Origin: an uncultured Bacteroidota bacterium
GTDB taxonomy: Bacteria > Bacteroidota > Bacteroidia > Bacteroidales > VadinHA17
Direction of reading: 5' to 3'
Assembly: GCA_963772715.1 (NCBI GenBank)
Contig: CAVYYM010000029.1
Span: 306,063-370,062, forward strand
Length of the DNA: 64,000 nucleotides
The notes beneath the pieces were generated by a model. That model ran no database searches. It was not told the origin of the DNA and saw only the letters and a list, made by a program, of their open reading frames with translations. Position numbers and translations under genes: made by a program. Of the stretch, positions 42,477 to 53,263 are shown in pieces (the first letter of the stretch is position 1; the number at the start of each line of letters is the position of its first letter).

Positions 42477-43760
42477 TTATAGTGTCACTTTACCGGCTCC
42501 CTGATGTCTGATGAACAGTTTCCGGCATGCACCTTTTCCATAAACATGTTCAATGGTACTGACGTATTTGGCAAGGAGTTTCTTTGGAACAAATGCCTGG
42601 ATGGTGCCTGCAAATCCGCCTCCGTGAACACGCCATGCACCCTGGCCTTTCAGCACCAGCTCACTAAGTGCAAGTGCAAGCGAGACACCCTGCTCCTTCA
42701 CATTGTTAACCGGGTAAATATTCTGGTTGTACATATATGAACTGAATCCGGAATCAACTACCATTCCCAGAAAAGCTTTAAAATTATTCTTTTCGAGGGC
42801 TGCTACCTGATCAACCACACGCTGGTTATCGCCCTGGAAATGAATCGCACGCAGGATAGCCCTGTCTCCTACTTTCTTACGAATCTTCGGAATGATCTCA
42901 ATTACCTGATCGAGGCTTACCTGTCGCAGAACCTTTGCTTTCAGCTCCGCTGCGACGGCTTTCATATCGATGGGAAGCGATGCATATTCATCGTTAAGAT
43001 CAGCATGATTGCCTCCTGTATCTGTGATGACAAGTGAAAAACCTGTAGCGACAAAATCGAAATTTACCTTTTTCACGACAGGCTTTGATGGATCCTTGAA
43101 ATCGATCGTAATTAGTCCGCCCATTGCACAGGCAGTCTGGTCCATAAGTCCGCAGGGCTTGCCGAAATAGTTGTTTTCAGAGTATTGTCCGATAATTGCA
43201 TTCTGGATAGGATCGACCTTTCCTTTATTGAAAAGCTGACTGAGGATAGCACCTATCAGCACCTCAAACGAAGCCGAAGAACTTAATCCTGAGCCTTTGG
43301 GAACGCCGCCATCGATGCAAGCATCAAAGCCGCCTATTGCATGTTTGAGTTCCTTAAAGCGCGAACAAATGCCCCTTACGAGCGCTGCTGAAGAAAAGAG
43401 TTCGCTTTTGACCGGTTTCAATGAGGACAGGTCCACTTCGAACCTGGGATAACCTTCTGACAGGATACGGATGACATTTGAATTATTTTTACCTGCAACA
43501 GCCACATTATCAAGATTAACGGCGCCGGCAAGAACCCTCCCCCAGTTGTGATCAGTGTGATTTCCTCCTATTTCCGTGCGGCCCGGAGAGCTGAAAAATT
43601 CGACATCTGTTTTGCCGAATTCCTTGTTAAACTGTTTGAGAAGCGCGGTATACCTTTTTGCGTTTCTCCTGAGTTCGGCTGGATCATTGCCATAAAGTTC
43701 ACGGAAAGCTTTGTTATCGCCGTTATTGATCTTGACGATCAGTTTTTCTGTTGTTGCCAT
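42477..43760 (-). CDS. galK: Galactokinase
   Basis: PGRTEIGGNHTDH, PKGSGLSSSA, CGLMDQ and GGGFAG; start at MATTEK inferred. Confidence 0.92.
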   Translation of the reverse strand: MATTEKLIVKINNGDNKAFRELYGNDPAELRRNAKRYTALLKQFNKEFGKTDVEFFSSPGRTEIGGNHTDHNWGRVLAGAVNLDNVAVAGKNNSNVIRILSEGYPRFEVDLSSLKPVKSELFSSAALVRGICSRFKELKHAIGGFDACIDGGVPKGSGLSSSASFEVLIGAILSQLFNKGKVDPIQNAIIGQYSENNYFGKPCGLMDQTACAMGGLITIDFKDPSKPVVKKVNFDFVATGFSLVITDTGGNHADLNDEYASLPIDMKAVAAELKAKVLRQVSLDQVIEIIPKIRKKVGDRAILRAIHFQGDNQRVVDQVAALEKNNFKAFLGMVVDSGFSSYMYNQNIYPVNNVKEQGVSLALALSELVLKGQGAWRVHGGGFAGTIQAFVPKKLLAKYVSTIEHVYGKGACRKLFIRHQGAGKVTL

Positions 43761-43816
43761 AGGATTTTTATTTTTCGATTTAATGTAAAAATAGCAAATT
43801 CGGTTAATTATGAACA

Positions 43817-43845
43817 GAGGCTGTCTCAGGCTATGAGACAGCCTC
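43817..43845. terminator. 12-bp hairpin between the MFS gene and galK
   Basis: gaggctgtctca-ggcta-tgagacagcctc; weak U tract. Confidence 0.5.
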
Positions 43846-43879
43846 ATTGTATCCTTAATATTCTCTATTGTCAATGCAA

Positions 43880-45214
43880 CTATTTATGTTTACTCCCAAC
43901 CAGAGCGAAGAACACGATGTACAGGTAGCAGATGATCGGAAGGATAAATGAGAATTTCACTCCCATTCCGTCAGCAATAAGGCCCATAAGTACGGGAACA
44001 ACTGCACCGCCGACGATAAGGGTATTTATGAGTCCCGAGGCCATGCTCAGCTCACCTTTATCGAGTCCGTCGACACCGAGTGCAAAAATATTCGGGAACA
44101 TGATGGAGTTAAAGAATCCTATCGACAATCCAAGCCACAATAATATACCGTTTCCCGTCGACATCACCACGACGAGCAGAAGTGCCGCAACAAGTCCGAA
44201 TACTGCAAGCGACCTTGCTGCCTTGCCTCTTCCAAGCTGCATTAAAAGGTAGTTTACGATAGCAATTCCTGCAAAGATAAGCCCATCGGTTATTTCACGT
44301 CTTACAAACCATCCGACAAATACTGCGAGTGCAACAACGAGTCCGGCATACAGGTATTTTTTCGAATTTGATGTATTTGAAAGCATGAATGATCCATAGA
44401 ACCTTCCGACCATGGAACCGCCCCAGTAAAGGGCTATCATTTTGGCAGCGTCTGATCTTGCCATATCGAGCGCTTCCTGAAAATACCTCTGCAGCATCGC
44501 TGCGGTTCCAACTTCAGCACCGACGTAGCAAAATATCCCTACCGCTCCAAGAACTACATGCGGGTACTTCCATACACTTTTTTTCTCAACACCCTGAGTG
44601 GAAATTTCGGGGAGTTTGAGGAAATATATGACGACTGCTATTATAAGGACAGTAATACCAATGATCAGGAATGGTGCAGGCACCGATTTTGCTGCCTCGG
44701 CAGGTGAAAGAGCATCAGAAGCGGCTTTGAATACAAATGCACTTGCCACGAGCGGGGCAAGATAAGTAGCGATGGAGTTGAGTGCCTGTGTCAGGTTAAG
44801 TCTTCCGGAAGCTGTTTCGGAAGGTCCGAGAGCCGTAACGTATGGATTGGCGGCGACCTGCAGGAATACGACACCTCCAGCCATTATGAAGATAGCTACC
44901 AGGAAGAATGGAAAGGACAGAACCTTTGCGGCAGGGAAAAACAGAAAGCTCCCTGCGGCAACCAGGACCAATCCGAGAATAACACCTGCCTTATAGCCTA
45001 TCTTTTTAATAATGCCTCCGGCGGTAAAAGATAAAACGAAGTATGTAAAAAAGAAAGCTCCATTGACCAGCTGTGCCTGAAAGTTCGACAGTTCAAAGAC
45101 TGCCTTGAATTTATCAGCCAGCGTAATGTTGAATGTGGTCACGAAGCCGAAGAGGAAGAAGATCATGCCCATAAAGGCCATTCCGGCTGCCTGTGTATTT
45201 TTTTGTTCTGTCAT
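43880..45214 (-). CDS. gluP: Glucose/galactose MFS transporter
   Basis: LQVAANPYV, RLNLTQALNS, YVGAEV and SIMFP motifs. Confidence 0.85.
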   Translation of the reverse strand: MTEQKNTQAAGMAFMGMIFFLFGFVTTFNITLADKFKAVFELSNFQAQLVNGAFFFTYFVLSFTAGGIIKKIGYKAGVILGLVLVAAGSFLFFPAAKVLSFPFFLVAIFIMAGGVVFLQVAANPYVTALGPSETASGRLNLTQALNSIATYLAPLVASAFVFKAASDALSPAEAAKSVPAPFLIIGITVLIIAVVIYFLKLPEISTQGVEKKSVWKYPHVVLGAVGIFCYVGAEVGTAAMLQRYFQEALDMARSDAAKMIALYWGGSMVGRFYGSFMLSNTSNSKKYLYAGLVVALAVFVGWFVRREITDGLIFAGIAIVNYLLMQLGRGKAARSLAVFGLVAALLLVVVMSTGNGILLWLGLSIGFFNSIMFPNIFALGVDGLDKGELSMASGLINTLIVGGAVVPVLMGLIADGMGVKFSFILPIICYLYIVFFALVGSKHK

Positions 45215-45363
45215 CGTGTAATTATTAGGTTTTACAAGAAATTCTTTTTTTTGGCAGAGGTAAAATTACATTTTAAGATCGATTTTCAAAGTTTTAAGAC
45301 TGATTAATTATCAATTTATAATACCCCCAAATAGCTATATTTGTATAATGTATAAATATACTC

Positions 45364-46122
45364 GTGAAAACCAGATATTTCATATATATTTCCTTTAAGG
45401 GCACCTCTTATCATGGGTGGCAGGTACAGCCTAATTCCGTAACTGTTCAGAAGGTTATTGATGAAGCCCTGAGCACCATCCTTAATGAAAAGGTCTCCAC
45501 AACAGGTGCAGGCCGGACAGACACCGGTGTCCATGCAAAAGTATTCTGCGCGCATTTTGACTGCAATTCAGCTGACCTCACAGGCAGGAAGAACCTGGTT
45601 TACAGGCTGAACCGCTTCCTTCCAAAAGATATCTCCGTCTCCAGGATCGTAAGGGTTGCACCCGACGCTCATGCCAGGTTCAGCGCCGTATCGAGGACAT
45701 ACCGTTATAATATATCAAAAATCAAAGATCCTTTCTGGGACGAAAATTCGTGGTATATTCACGGTAAGACCGACATCAATGCAATGAACGAAGTGTGCGG
45801 AATGCTCCTGAATTACAATGATTTTACCAGTTTCAGCCGGCTTCATTCAGATAACAAGACGAACCTCTGCAGGATATTCTATGCTGTCTGGGAGGAAGCC
45901 GATAACAGGCTTGTTTTCACTATCAAGGCCGACAGATTCCTGAGAAACATGGTAAGAGCACTTGTAGGTACGATGGCAGAGGTAGGTGCAGGAAAGATGA
46001 GCACGAAGCAATTTGAAGAAATTATCCTCGCAAAGGACCGCTGCAAAGCTGGAAAATCTGCTCCCGCGAAAGGATTGCACCTTGTCGATATCGAATATCC
46101 CGATACGATAATTCCCAGGTGA
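45364..46122 (+). CDS. truA: tRNA pseudouridine(38-40) synthase
   Basis: YHGWQ, GRTDTGVHA, HARFSA and FLRNMVR motifs. Confidence 0.95.
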   Translation: MKTRYFIYISFKGTSYHGWQVQPNSVTVQKVIDEALSTILNEKVSTTGAGRTDTGVHAKVFCAHFDCNSADLTGRKNLVYRLNRFLPKDISVSRIVRVAPDAHARFSAVSRTYRYNISKIKDPFWDENSWYIHGKTDINAMNEVCGMLLNYNDFTSFSRLHSDNKTNLCRIFYAVWEEADNRLVFTIKADRFLRNMVRALVGTMAEVGAGKMSTKQFEEIILAKDRCKAGKSAPAKGLHLVDIEYPDTIIPR

Positions 46123-46212
46123 TAATTATCACTTTAATTTACTGTTAATCGTTTCACAGTAGAAAAAATAATTATCTATTTTTGGGCGGCCTGAAACCAA
46201 AAAAATATACAA

Positions 46213-46563
46213 ATGAAACAGGATTGGCTCATCCTCTTTTTTCTTATTGGGGCGATATTTGTCGGCCTGGTTCTTATACTCTCATGGATTATCGCTCCCC
46301 GATCGACAAATCCCCAGAAGTTTGAACCCTATGAATGCGGAATGCCGACGCAGGGGGTAACGTGGCTGCAGTTCAATGTCGGGTATTACCTGTTCGCCAT
46401 TCTTTTCCTTGTTTTTGACGTCGAAACGGTTCTTGTCTTTCCATGGGCTGTAGTGATGAAGGAAATCGGCATAATGGCATTTATCGAGATACTTATTTTC
46501 TTCATTATACTGGGTCTGGGTCTTCTCTATGCCTGGAAAAAACATGCTCTGATATGGGAATAA
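46213..46563 (+). CDS. nuoA: NADH-quinone oxidoreductase subunit A
   Basis: PYECG, FLVFDVE, YAWKK. Confidence 0.93.
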   Translation: MKQDWLILFFLIGAIFVGLVLILSWIIAPRSTNPQKFEPYECGMPTQGVTWLQFNVGYYLFAILFLVFDVETVLVFPWAVVMKEIGIMAFIEILIFFIILGLGLLYAWKKHALIWE

Positions 46564-47114
46564 AAGGAATGAAATATGAAGAATTCAAGGATAATGAAAG
46601 CCTTGAGAAATTAAGGGGATCCGGCTCGAACATACTTCTTACTACAATAGATGATATAATTAACTGGGGAAGAAAGAGTTCCTTATGGCCGCTTACATTT
46701 GCAACCAGCTGTTGCGGTATTGAGATGATGGCAACAGGAGCCCCGCGTCATGATTTCGCCCGCTTCGGAATGGAAGTTTACAGGGCCAGTCCCCGCCAGG
46801 CTGATGTGATTGTCGTGGCAGGAACAATAGTTAACAAGATGGCACCTGTTCTCAAGCGTCTGTACGATCAGATGTCGGAACCAAAATATGTGGTGGCCAT
46901 GGGCGCATGTGCCATCTCCGGAGGACCATTCTTTCTTAACTCATACTGCGTAGTCAAGGGTGTTGAGCATGTCATACCTGTCGACGTTTATATTCCGGGA
47001 TGCCCTCCCCGGCCTGAGGCATTATTATATGGTATGCTCCAGCTTCAGAGAAAAATTGAAACCGAAAACATAAAGTCGAGAAGAAAGCGCAATGCCGAGC
47101 ACTCTTCAGAATAG
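46554..47114 (+). CDS. nuoB: NADH-quinone oxidoreductase subunit B
   Basis: [22 protein letters not shown]; start inferred. Confidence 0.93.
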   Translation: MGIKGMKYEEFKDNESLEKLRGSGSNILLTTIDDIINWGRKSSLWPLTFATSCCGIEMMATGAPRHDFARFGMEVYRASPRQADVIVVAGTIVNKMAPVLKRLYDQMSEPKYVVAMGACAISGGPFFLNSYCVVKGVEHVIPVDVYIPGCPPRPEALLYGMLQLQRKIETENIKSRRKRNAEHSSE

Positions 47115-47129
47115 ATAACCGTAATTGAA

Positions 47130-47586
47130 ATGAATAAAACGGAACTCACAGAATATATAAAGTCTCTTGATCAGCAATGCGAGGTCAGGGAAGGCAGGCA
47201 GTTTGCCGAGGCTACGGTACCACCTGCAGGGCTTCATGAACTGGCACAAAAACTCAGGGAAAACGAAGAAGCATGCTTCGATTTCCTTGTATGCATAACA
47301 GGAATGGATTACGGACAGGAACTCGGTGTGGTTTATCATCTGAGGTCAACAAAGCATAGTCATGACCTGGTTGTTGAAAAGCAGAACTACTGACAGGCAG
47401 GATCCTCATTTTGATTCTGTTACAGATATCTGGAAGAGTGCTGATTTACTTGAAAGGGAAGTTTATGATCTTCTGGGAATCAAGTTCACGAATCATCCTG
47501 ATCTCAGAAGACTCTTCCTCGACAAATCATGGGGATTCCCGCTGAGGAAAGATTATGTTGATGATATAAACATTGTCACTAAGTAG
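47130..47586 (+). CDS. nuoC: NADH-quinone oxidoreductase subunit C, frameshifted
   Basis: [17 protein letters not shown] and FPLRKD; two ORFs join. Confidence 0.88.
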
Positions 47587-47589
47587 GGT

Positions 47590-48714
47590 ATGGAAGAACA
47601 GGTTATAAATCCGGTCATCAGCGAGGAGGAGGAATATATTATTAACATGGGTCCCCAGCACCCATCGACGCATGGTGTGCTGCGGCTGGTCGTTTCACTG
47701 AAAGGAGAAATTGTAAAGAATGTGGAACCACATGTCGGGTATATTCACAGGGGCATCGAAAAAATGTGCGAGAGCATCACCTATCCGCAGATTATACACC
47801 TTACCGACAGGATGGATTATCTCTCTGCACACATAAACAATGAATCGGTATGCCTGACTGTCGAAAAAGCCCTCGATATTGAAATCCCGGAAAGGATAAA
47901 GGTCATCAGAACATTAATGGCGGAGCTTACCAGAATCCAGTCACACCAGCTGTTCTGGGCATCCTATGGCATGGATCTGGGAGGACAGACTTGCTTCTTT
48001 TATGGTCTTCGCGACAGGGAGAAAGTGCTTGATATTTTTGAAGAAACAACCGGAGGCAGAATGATCGTCAGCTACAGCTGTCCGGGAGGATTGATGTATG
48101 ATATCCATCCAAATTTTCAGAAAAGGGTAAAGGAATTCATAAAATACTTCAGATCAGTCCTATGGGAATACGATGCAATACTCACCGGGAATGTGATATT
48201 CCGTGAGAGAAGCATTGGAATAGGGAAGCTTTCGCTTGAAGATGCTGTTTCCTATGGTATTACAGGGCCTTCAGGCAGGGCATCAGGATTTTCATGCGAT
48301 GTCAGGAAACATGAACCCTACAGTGCATACGACAGGGTAAAATTCAATGAGGTTCTGTTTACAGAGGGAGATACATATCACAGGTACATTGCAAGGATCG
48401 AGGAAATGAAAGAGTCGATGAATATTATCGATCAGCTCATTGATAATATTCCCGAGGGCCCCTACGCCGTAAAGATGAAACCTGTCATCAAATTGCCTGA
48501 GGGAGAATATTTCCAGAGAGTTGAAACTGCGCGCGGAGAGCTTGATGTATACATAGTAAGCGACGGAAACAAGAATCCGTACAGAGTGAAATTCAGGACG
48601 CCAAACTTCGTCAATCTGGGAGTCCTTAATCATATCTCAAAGGATTTCAAAATTGCAGATCTTATAGCAATATCCGGGTCTCTCGATTTTGTTATTCCGG
48701 ATATTGACAGATAA
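47590..48714 (+). CDS. nuoD: NADH-quinone oxidoreductase subunit D
   Basis: NMGPQHPSTHGVLR, GYIHRGIEK, C-terminal DIDR; no NiFe CxxC motifs. Confidence 0.95.
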   Translation: MEEQVINPVISEEEEYIINMGPQHPSTHGVLRLVVSLKGEIVKNVEPHVGYIHRGIEKMCESITYPQIIHLTDRMDYLSAHINNESVCLTVEKALDIEIPERIKVIRTLMAELTRIQSHQLFWASYGMDLGGQTCFFYGLRDREKVLDIFEETTGGRMIVSYSCPGGLMYDIHPNFQKRVKEFIKYFRSVLWEYDAILTGNVIFRERSIGIGKLSLEDAVSYGITGPSGRASGFSCDVRKHEPYSAYDRVKFNEVLFTEGDTYHRYIARIEEMKESMNIIDQLIDNIPEGPYAVKMKPVIKLPEGEYFQRVETARGELDVYIVSDGNKNPYRVKFRTPNFVNLGVLNHISKDFKIADLIAISGSLDFVIPDIDR

Positions 48715-48748
48715 AAGTTTGGAGTGCCTAGAGTGCCTAGAGTGCCTA
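48715..48748. repeat. Lone left arm of the 9-mer element (GAGTGCCTA x3)
   Basis: aagtttg gagtgccta gagtgccta gagtgccta starting at the base after the nuoD stop; first 16 bp identical to 3042-3057. Confidence 0.88.
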
Positions 48749-48794
48749 GGAGAGTGTAGAAGAGTTAAAAAATGATTGGTAATTGAAGTAATAT

Positions 48795-49925
48795 ATGCGA
48801 ATGGCTGTTCAGAATATATTAATGGCTTCGGAGCCCTGGTGGAGAGTCTTTTATGATTTTACATCACTCACCAGGTCAATAGACGAAGGACTCAGGAGTT
48901 CGATGTCATCATTCTGGGCTGTAACGGTTGAGATGTTGATAGTAGGCGTTCTTTTCCTTCTCTTCTATGCAGCTGTCGGCCTTTTCCTGGTGTATTGGGA
49001 GAGAAAAGTATGCGCATTCATCCAGAACAGGCTTGGGCCAAACAGAATCGGACCATACGGGATATTTCAGACAGTAGCGGACCTGGTTAAACTCCTTTTC
49101 AAGGAGCTCATTCCCATCAAGAATGCAGACGGCTTCCTGTTTAACCTGGCACCATACATTGTTATAATAGTGAACTTTATGGTACTGGCGGCTATCCCGT
49201 TTTCTTTGGGTTTGCATGCGATTGATTTCAACATCGGTATATTTTACGTGATTGCAGTTTCATCGATGAGTGTGATAGGAGTTCTGCTGGCCGGATGGTC
49301 AAGCAACAGCAAGTATTCACTCATCGGAGCCATGCGAAGTGGTGCCATGATCGTAAGTTACGAATTGTCCCTGGGGCTTGCGCTCATTACAATGGTCATA
49401 CTTGCGGGATCAATGCAGCTTTCAGATATAGTTGAAGCTCAGAGAACCGGATGGTTCATATTCAAAGGGCATATTCCGGCTTTCATAGCTTTTGTAATAT
49501 ACATCATATCCGGAACAGCCGAAACTAACCGCGGACCATTTGACCTTGCTGAAGCGGAATCAGAACTTACGGCAGGTTATCACACCGAGTACTCGGGAAT
49601 GAAATTTGCCTTCTTCTATCTTGCCGAATTCATAAACATGTTCATAGTTGCCTCCATTGCTTCAACTATGTTCCTCGGAGGATGGATGCCATTTCATATT
49701 GGAAGCTGGGAAGGGTTCAATAATATAATGGATATAATTCCTCCATTCATCTGGTACCTTGGGAAAACATTCTTCGTGATATATCTTATAATGTTGTTCA
49801 AATGGACATTTCCCCGACTCAGGATAGACCAGCTTCTTACGCTCGAATGGAAATACCTGCTTCCGATAAACCTTGTCAATGTACTGATTATGGCTTTTCT
49901 GGTTCTCATGGGATGGCATTTCTGA
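48795..49925 (+). CDS. nuoH: NADH-quinone oxidoreductase subunit H
   Basis: ERK---IQNRLGP, ETNRGPFDLAEAESEL, PRLRIDQ. Confidence 0.95.
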   Translation: MRMAVQNILMASEPWWRVFYDFTSLTRSIDEGLRSSMSSFWAVTVEMLIVGVLFLLFYAAVGLFLVYWERKVCAFIQNRLGPNRIGPYGIFQTVADLVKLLFKELIPIKNADGFLFNLAPYIVIIVNFMVLAAIPFSLGLHAIDFNIGIFYVIAVSSMSVIGVLLAGWSSNSKYSLIGAMRSGAMIVSYELSLGLALITMVILAGSMQLSDIVEAQRTGWFIFKGHIPAFIAFVIYIISGTAETNRGPFDLAEAESELTAGYHTEYSGMKFAFFYLAEFINMFIVASIASTMFLGGWMPFHIGSWEGFNNIMDIIPPFIWYLGKTFFVIYLIMLFKWTFPRLRIDQLLTLEWKYLLPINLVNVLIMAFLVLMGWHF

Positions 49926-49953
49926 TCGTGGAAACCGAAAAAAATATGTCTTT

Positions 49954-50433
49954 ATGAATAGTGTAGTTCAATATTTTAAAGAAATAACAGACGGCATCAG
50001 GTCGCTCCTGAAAGGAATGAGAGTGACCAACCGCTACTTTTTCAGTCCCGGGAAGATTGTCACCCAGAAATATCCGGAGAACAGGAAGGATCTTGTGATG
50101 TTCGAAAGGTTCAAGGGTGAAGTCGTGATGCCGCATAATGAAAATAATGAGCATAAATGCACAGGCTGTGGCATTTGCGAAATCAATTGCCCCAACGGGT
50201 CCATAGAAATTATTCCGAAAACCATAGTCACCGAAGATGGCAAGAAAAAGAGGGCTATCGATAAGCATATTTATCGTCTCGGCATGTGCACTTTCTGTGC
50301 TCTATGCGTTAAAACATGTCCGTCAAATGCACTTGCATTCTCACAACAGTTTGAGCATGCCGTCTTCAACAGAGCCTTATTGATTAAGGTACTGAATAAG
50401 CCCGGATCTAAATTAATGAAAGGAGTCGAGTGA
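49954..50433 (+). CDS. nuoI: NADH-quinone oxidoreductase subunit I
   Basis: Two CxxCxxCxxxCP motifs. Confidence 0.93.
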   Translation: MNSVVQYFKEITDGIRSLLKGMRVTNRYFFSPGKIVTQKYPENRKDLVMFERFKGEVVMPHNENNEHKCTGCGICEINCPNGSIEIIPKTIVTEDGKKKRAIDKHIYRLGMCTFCALCVKTCPSNALAFSQQFEHAVFNRALLIKVLNKPGSKLMKGVE

Positions 50434-50972
50434 TGACAGGAAACCAGATCATGTTCTTATTATTCTCAGTCATGATAGTAGTTTTTTCTATCCTGACAGT
50501 AACCACCCGAAAGATACTTAGGGCGGCTGTCTTCCTGCTGTTTGTGCTAATATCGACCTCGGGTCTTTATTTCATGCTGAATTATCAGTTTCTTGCAGCT
50601 GTACAGCTGACACTCTATGCAGGAGGAATTGTTGTCCTTATAATATTCTCGATACTTTTGACCAGCCATATCAGCCAGAAATTCGAGCCTGCGGAGTTGA
50701 AGAAATCCTTGTTTTCAGCGCTGGCTGTAATTGCCGGCGCTATTGTAACAATTGTTACAATTCTGGATTTCCGTTTTGCGGCTTCAAACCAGGCCGAAGT
50801 CGAGGTTAACATGAATCTCATTGGGAAAAGTCTCCTTGGAATCGGAGTTGAGGGATATGCCCTTCCGTTTGAGGTTATCTCAATCCTTCTTATAGCAGCA
50901 ATGGTTGCAGCAATAGTAATTGCAAAAAAAGGGGGGCCCTCCAAATCAGAATCTCAAACCTTAAAACAGTAA
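50430..50972 (+). CDS. nuoJ: NADH-quinone oxidoreductase subunit J
   Basis: YAGGIVVL, PFEVIS. Confidence 0.92.
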   Translation: MMTGNQIMFLLFSVMIVVFSILTVTTRKILRAAVFLLFVLISTSGLYFMLNYQFLAAVQLTLYAGGIVVLIIFSILLTSHISQKFEPAELKKSLFSALAVIAGAIVTIVTILDFRFAASNQAEVEVNMNLIGKSLLGIGVEGYALPFEVISILLIAAMVAAIVIAKKGGPSKSESQTLKQ

Positions 50973-50976
50973 TCAG

Positions 50977-51294
50977 ATGAATGCAGGAATACCTTTACAA
51001 TATTTTCTTGTGCTGGCGACGATTATGTTCTTTACAGGAGTCTATGGCTTCCTGACGCGCAGAAACCTGATCACCATCCTTATGTCCACCGAGCTGATAC
51101 TTAACTCAGTGAATATCAACTTTATGGCATTCAACCGGTATCTGTTCCCGCATAAGCTTGACGGGATGTTTTTCAGCCTTTTCATCATTGCCGTTGCAGC
51201 GGCGGAGGCTGCGGTGGCTATTGCAATAATAATCAATATATACAGGCGATTCACGACAATAAATGTCGAGGACGTGGACGAAATGAAACACTGA
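50977..51294 (+). CDS. nuoK: NADH-quinone oxidoreductase subunit K
   Basis: RRNLI...ELILN, AAAEAAV. Confidence 0.93.
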   Translation: MNAGIPLQYFLVLATIMFFTGVYGFLTRRNLITILMSTELILNSVNINFMAFNRYLFPHKLDGMFFSLFIIAVAAAEAAVAIAIIINIYRRFTTINVEDVDEMKH

Positions 51295-51319
51295 CCCAAA
51301 TCTACAGGAGAGACCATAT

Positions 51320-53239
51320 ATGATAAACTTCTCATATTCGATTTTGCTGCTGGTGATACCCTTTGTGATGTTCCTGATCCTGGGGCTTGGCGGACATAAG
51401 CTCAAACCCAGGCTTTCGGGTTTGCTCGGAACGGCAGGACTGGCATTGGTGTTTATACTTTCCTGTATCATTGCATATAGCTATTTCTTTGGTGCACATG
51501 AGAATGGCGAAGGATTCAAACCGGTGCTTGCCTTTAGCGCCACATGGCTGCGATTCAATGACAATCTGCATATAGATATCGGAGTTTTGCTCGATCCGAT
51601 ATCCGTCATGATGCTGATAGTTGTCAGCACTGTCTCTTTCATGGTTCACATTTACAGCCTTGGTTATATGAAAGGGGAAAGAGGCTTCGAGCGCTTCTTT
51701 GCATTTCTTTCGCTTTTTACATTTTCGATGCTGGGGCTGGTTGTTGCCACCAATATATTCCAGATGTACATTTTCTGGGAGCTTGTCGGCATCTCATCTT
51801 ACCTTCTGATAGGCTTTTATTATCAAAAGCCTTCTGCGGTGGCAGCATCGAAAAAAGCATTCATTGTGACACGCTTCGCCGATATGGGATTCCTTATCGG
51901 CATTCTGATATTATCATTTTACACCAAAACCTTTGACTTTATTTCGCTTACGGATCCGGCAGGACCTGCGATCGTTCAGAAAGGCGGAGCCACCTTCATG
52001 GGTCTTTCAGTGATTACCTGGTCCATGATCTTTGTCTATATGGGAGGTGTCGGAAAGTCGGCAATGTTCCCGTTCCATATCTGGCTTCCCGATGCCATGG
52101 AAGGTCCCACGCCCGTCTCTGCCCTTATCCATGCAGCCACAATGGTTGTTGCCGGTGTTTATCTTGTAGCCAGGCTGTTTCCCGTATATGCAATGGCAGC
52201 TCCGGAAGCTCTTAAAATAGTTGCCTACGTTGGCGCATTTTCTTCACTCTTTGCGGCGGTGATTGCCTGCACGCAGACTGACATTAAACGGGTCCTGGCC
52301 TACTCCACCATGTCGCAGATAGGCTATATGATGCTGGCTCTGGGTGTTTCAGGCTATGGCGGTCATGAAGGTCTTGGTTTCATGGCTTCGATGTTCCATC
52401 TCTTCACTCATGCCATGTTCAAGGCGCTGTTGTTCCTTGGTGCCGGTGCTATCATACATGCAGTTCACAGTAACTCATGACAGATATGGGCGGCTTGCGA
52501 AAGCACCTTCCGATAACTCATCTGACCTTCCTGATAGCTTGTCTTACGATTGCCGGGGTACCTCCTCTTGCGGGCTTCTTCAGCAAGGATGAAATTCTGA
52601 CGGCGGCATTCGATAACAGCAAATTCCTTTTTGCAATTGAGTATGCAGTCGCCGGACTTACAGCATTTTACATGTTCAGACTCTATTTCAGTATTTTCTG
52701 GGGAAAAGAGACACATTATCACCATACACCGCATGAAGCTCCTTTGACGATGACGGTTCCGCTTATTGTTCTTGCAATCGGATCTGCGCTTGCAGGCTTC
52801 ATCCCTTTCAGCAGGCTTGTCACAAGCGATGGCCTGCCATTTGAATCACATATAGAATGGAGTGTTGCGATCCCATCAGTGCTTATCGGCCTTATAGGCA
52901 TCTCAATCGCCTGGGTCATGTACAGCAGGAGCACCAGTCTTCCCGACAAGGTGGCATCTGCTTTCAGGCTATGGCTATAAATGGGCATATAACAAATTCT
53001 ATATGGATGAAATCTATCTTTTTGTCACAAAGAAGATAATATTCAGGTACATATCAGAACCTGTAGCATGGTTTGACCGTCACATTGTCGACGGCACAAT
53101 GAACGCCATAGCCACCGTTACGCAGGAAACTTCCTTCAGGATAAGGAATTTCCAGTCAGGACAGCTTCAGAAGTATGCCTTTGTATTTATTTCAGGGGTC
53201 ATATTGCTGGTTTTACTTATTGTTTACCTATGGCGATAA
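51320..53239 (+). CDS. nuoL: NADH-quinone oxidoreductase subunit L, two frameshifts
   Basis: WLPDAMEGPTPVSALIHAATMV, HAMFKALLFL, GFFSKDEIL and QSGQLQKY across three ORFs. Confidence 0.92.
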
Positions 53240-53263
53240 TCTAAATTGAAATAATATGTCGAT

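Noticed and set aside
47590-48714. Group 4 [NiFe]-hydrogenase large subunit
   Set aside because: Lacks both CxxC metal-binding motifs and has typical NuoD signatures.
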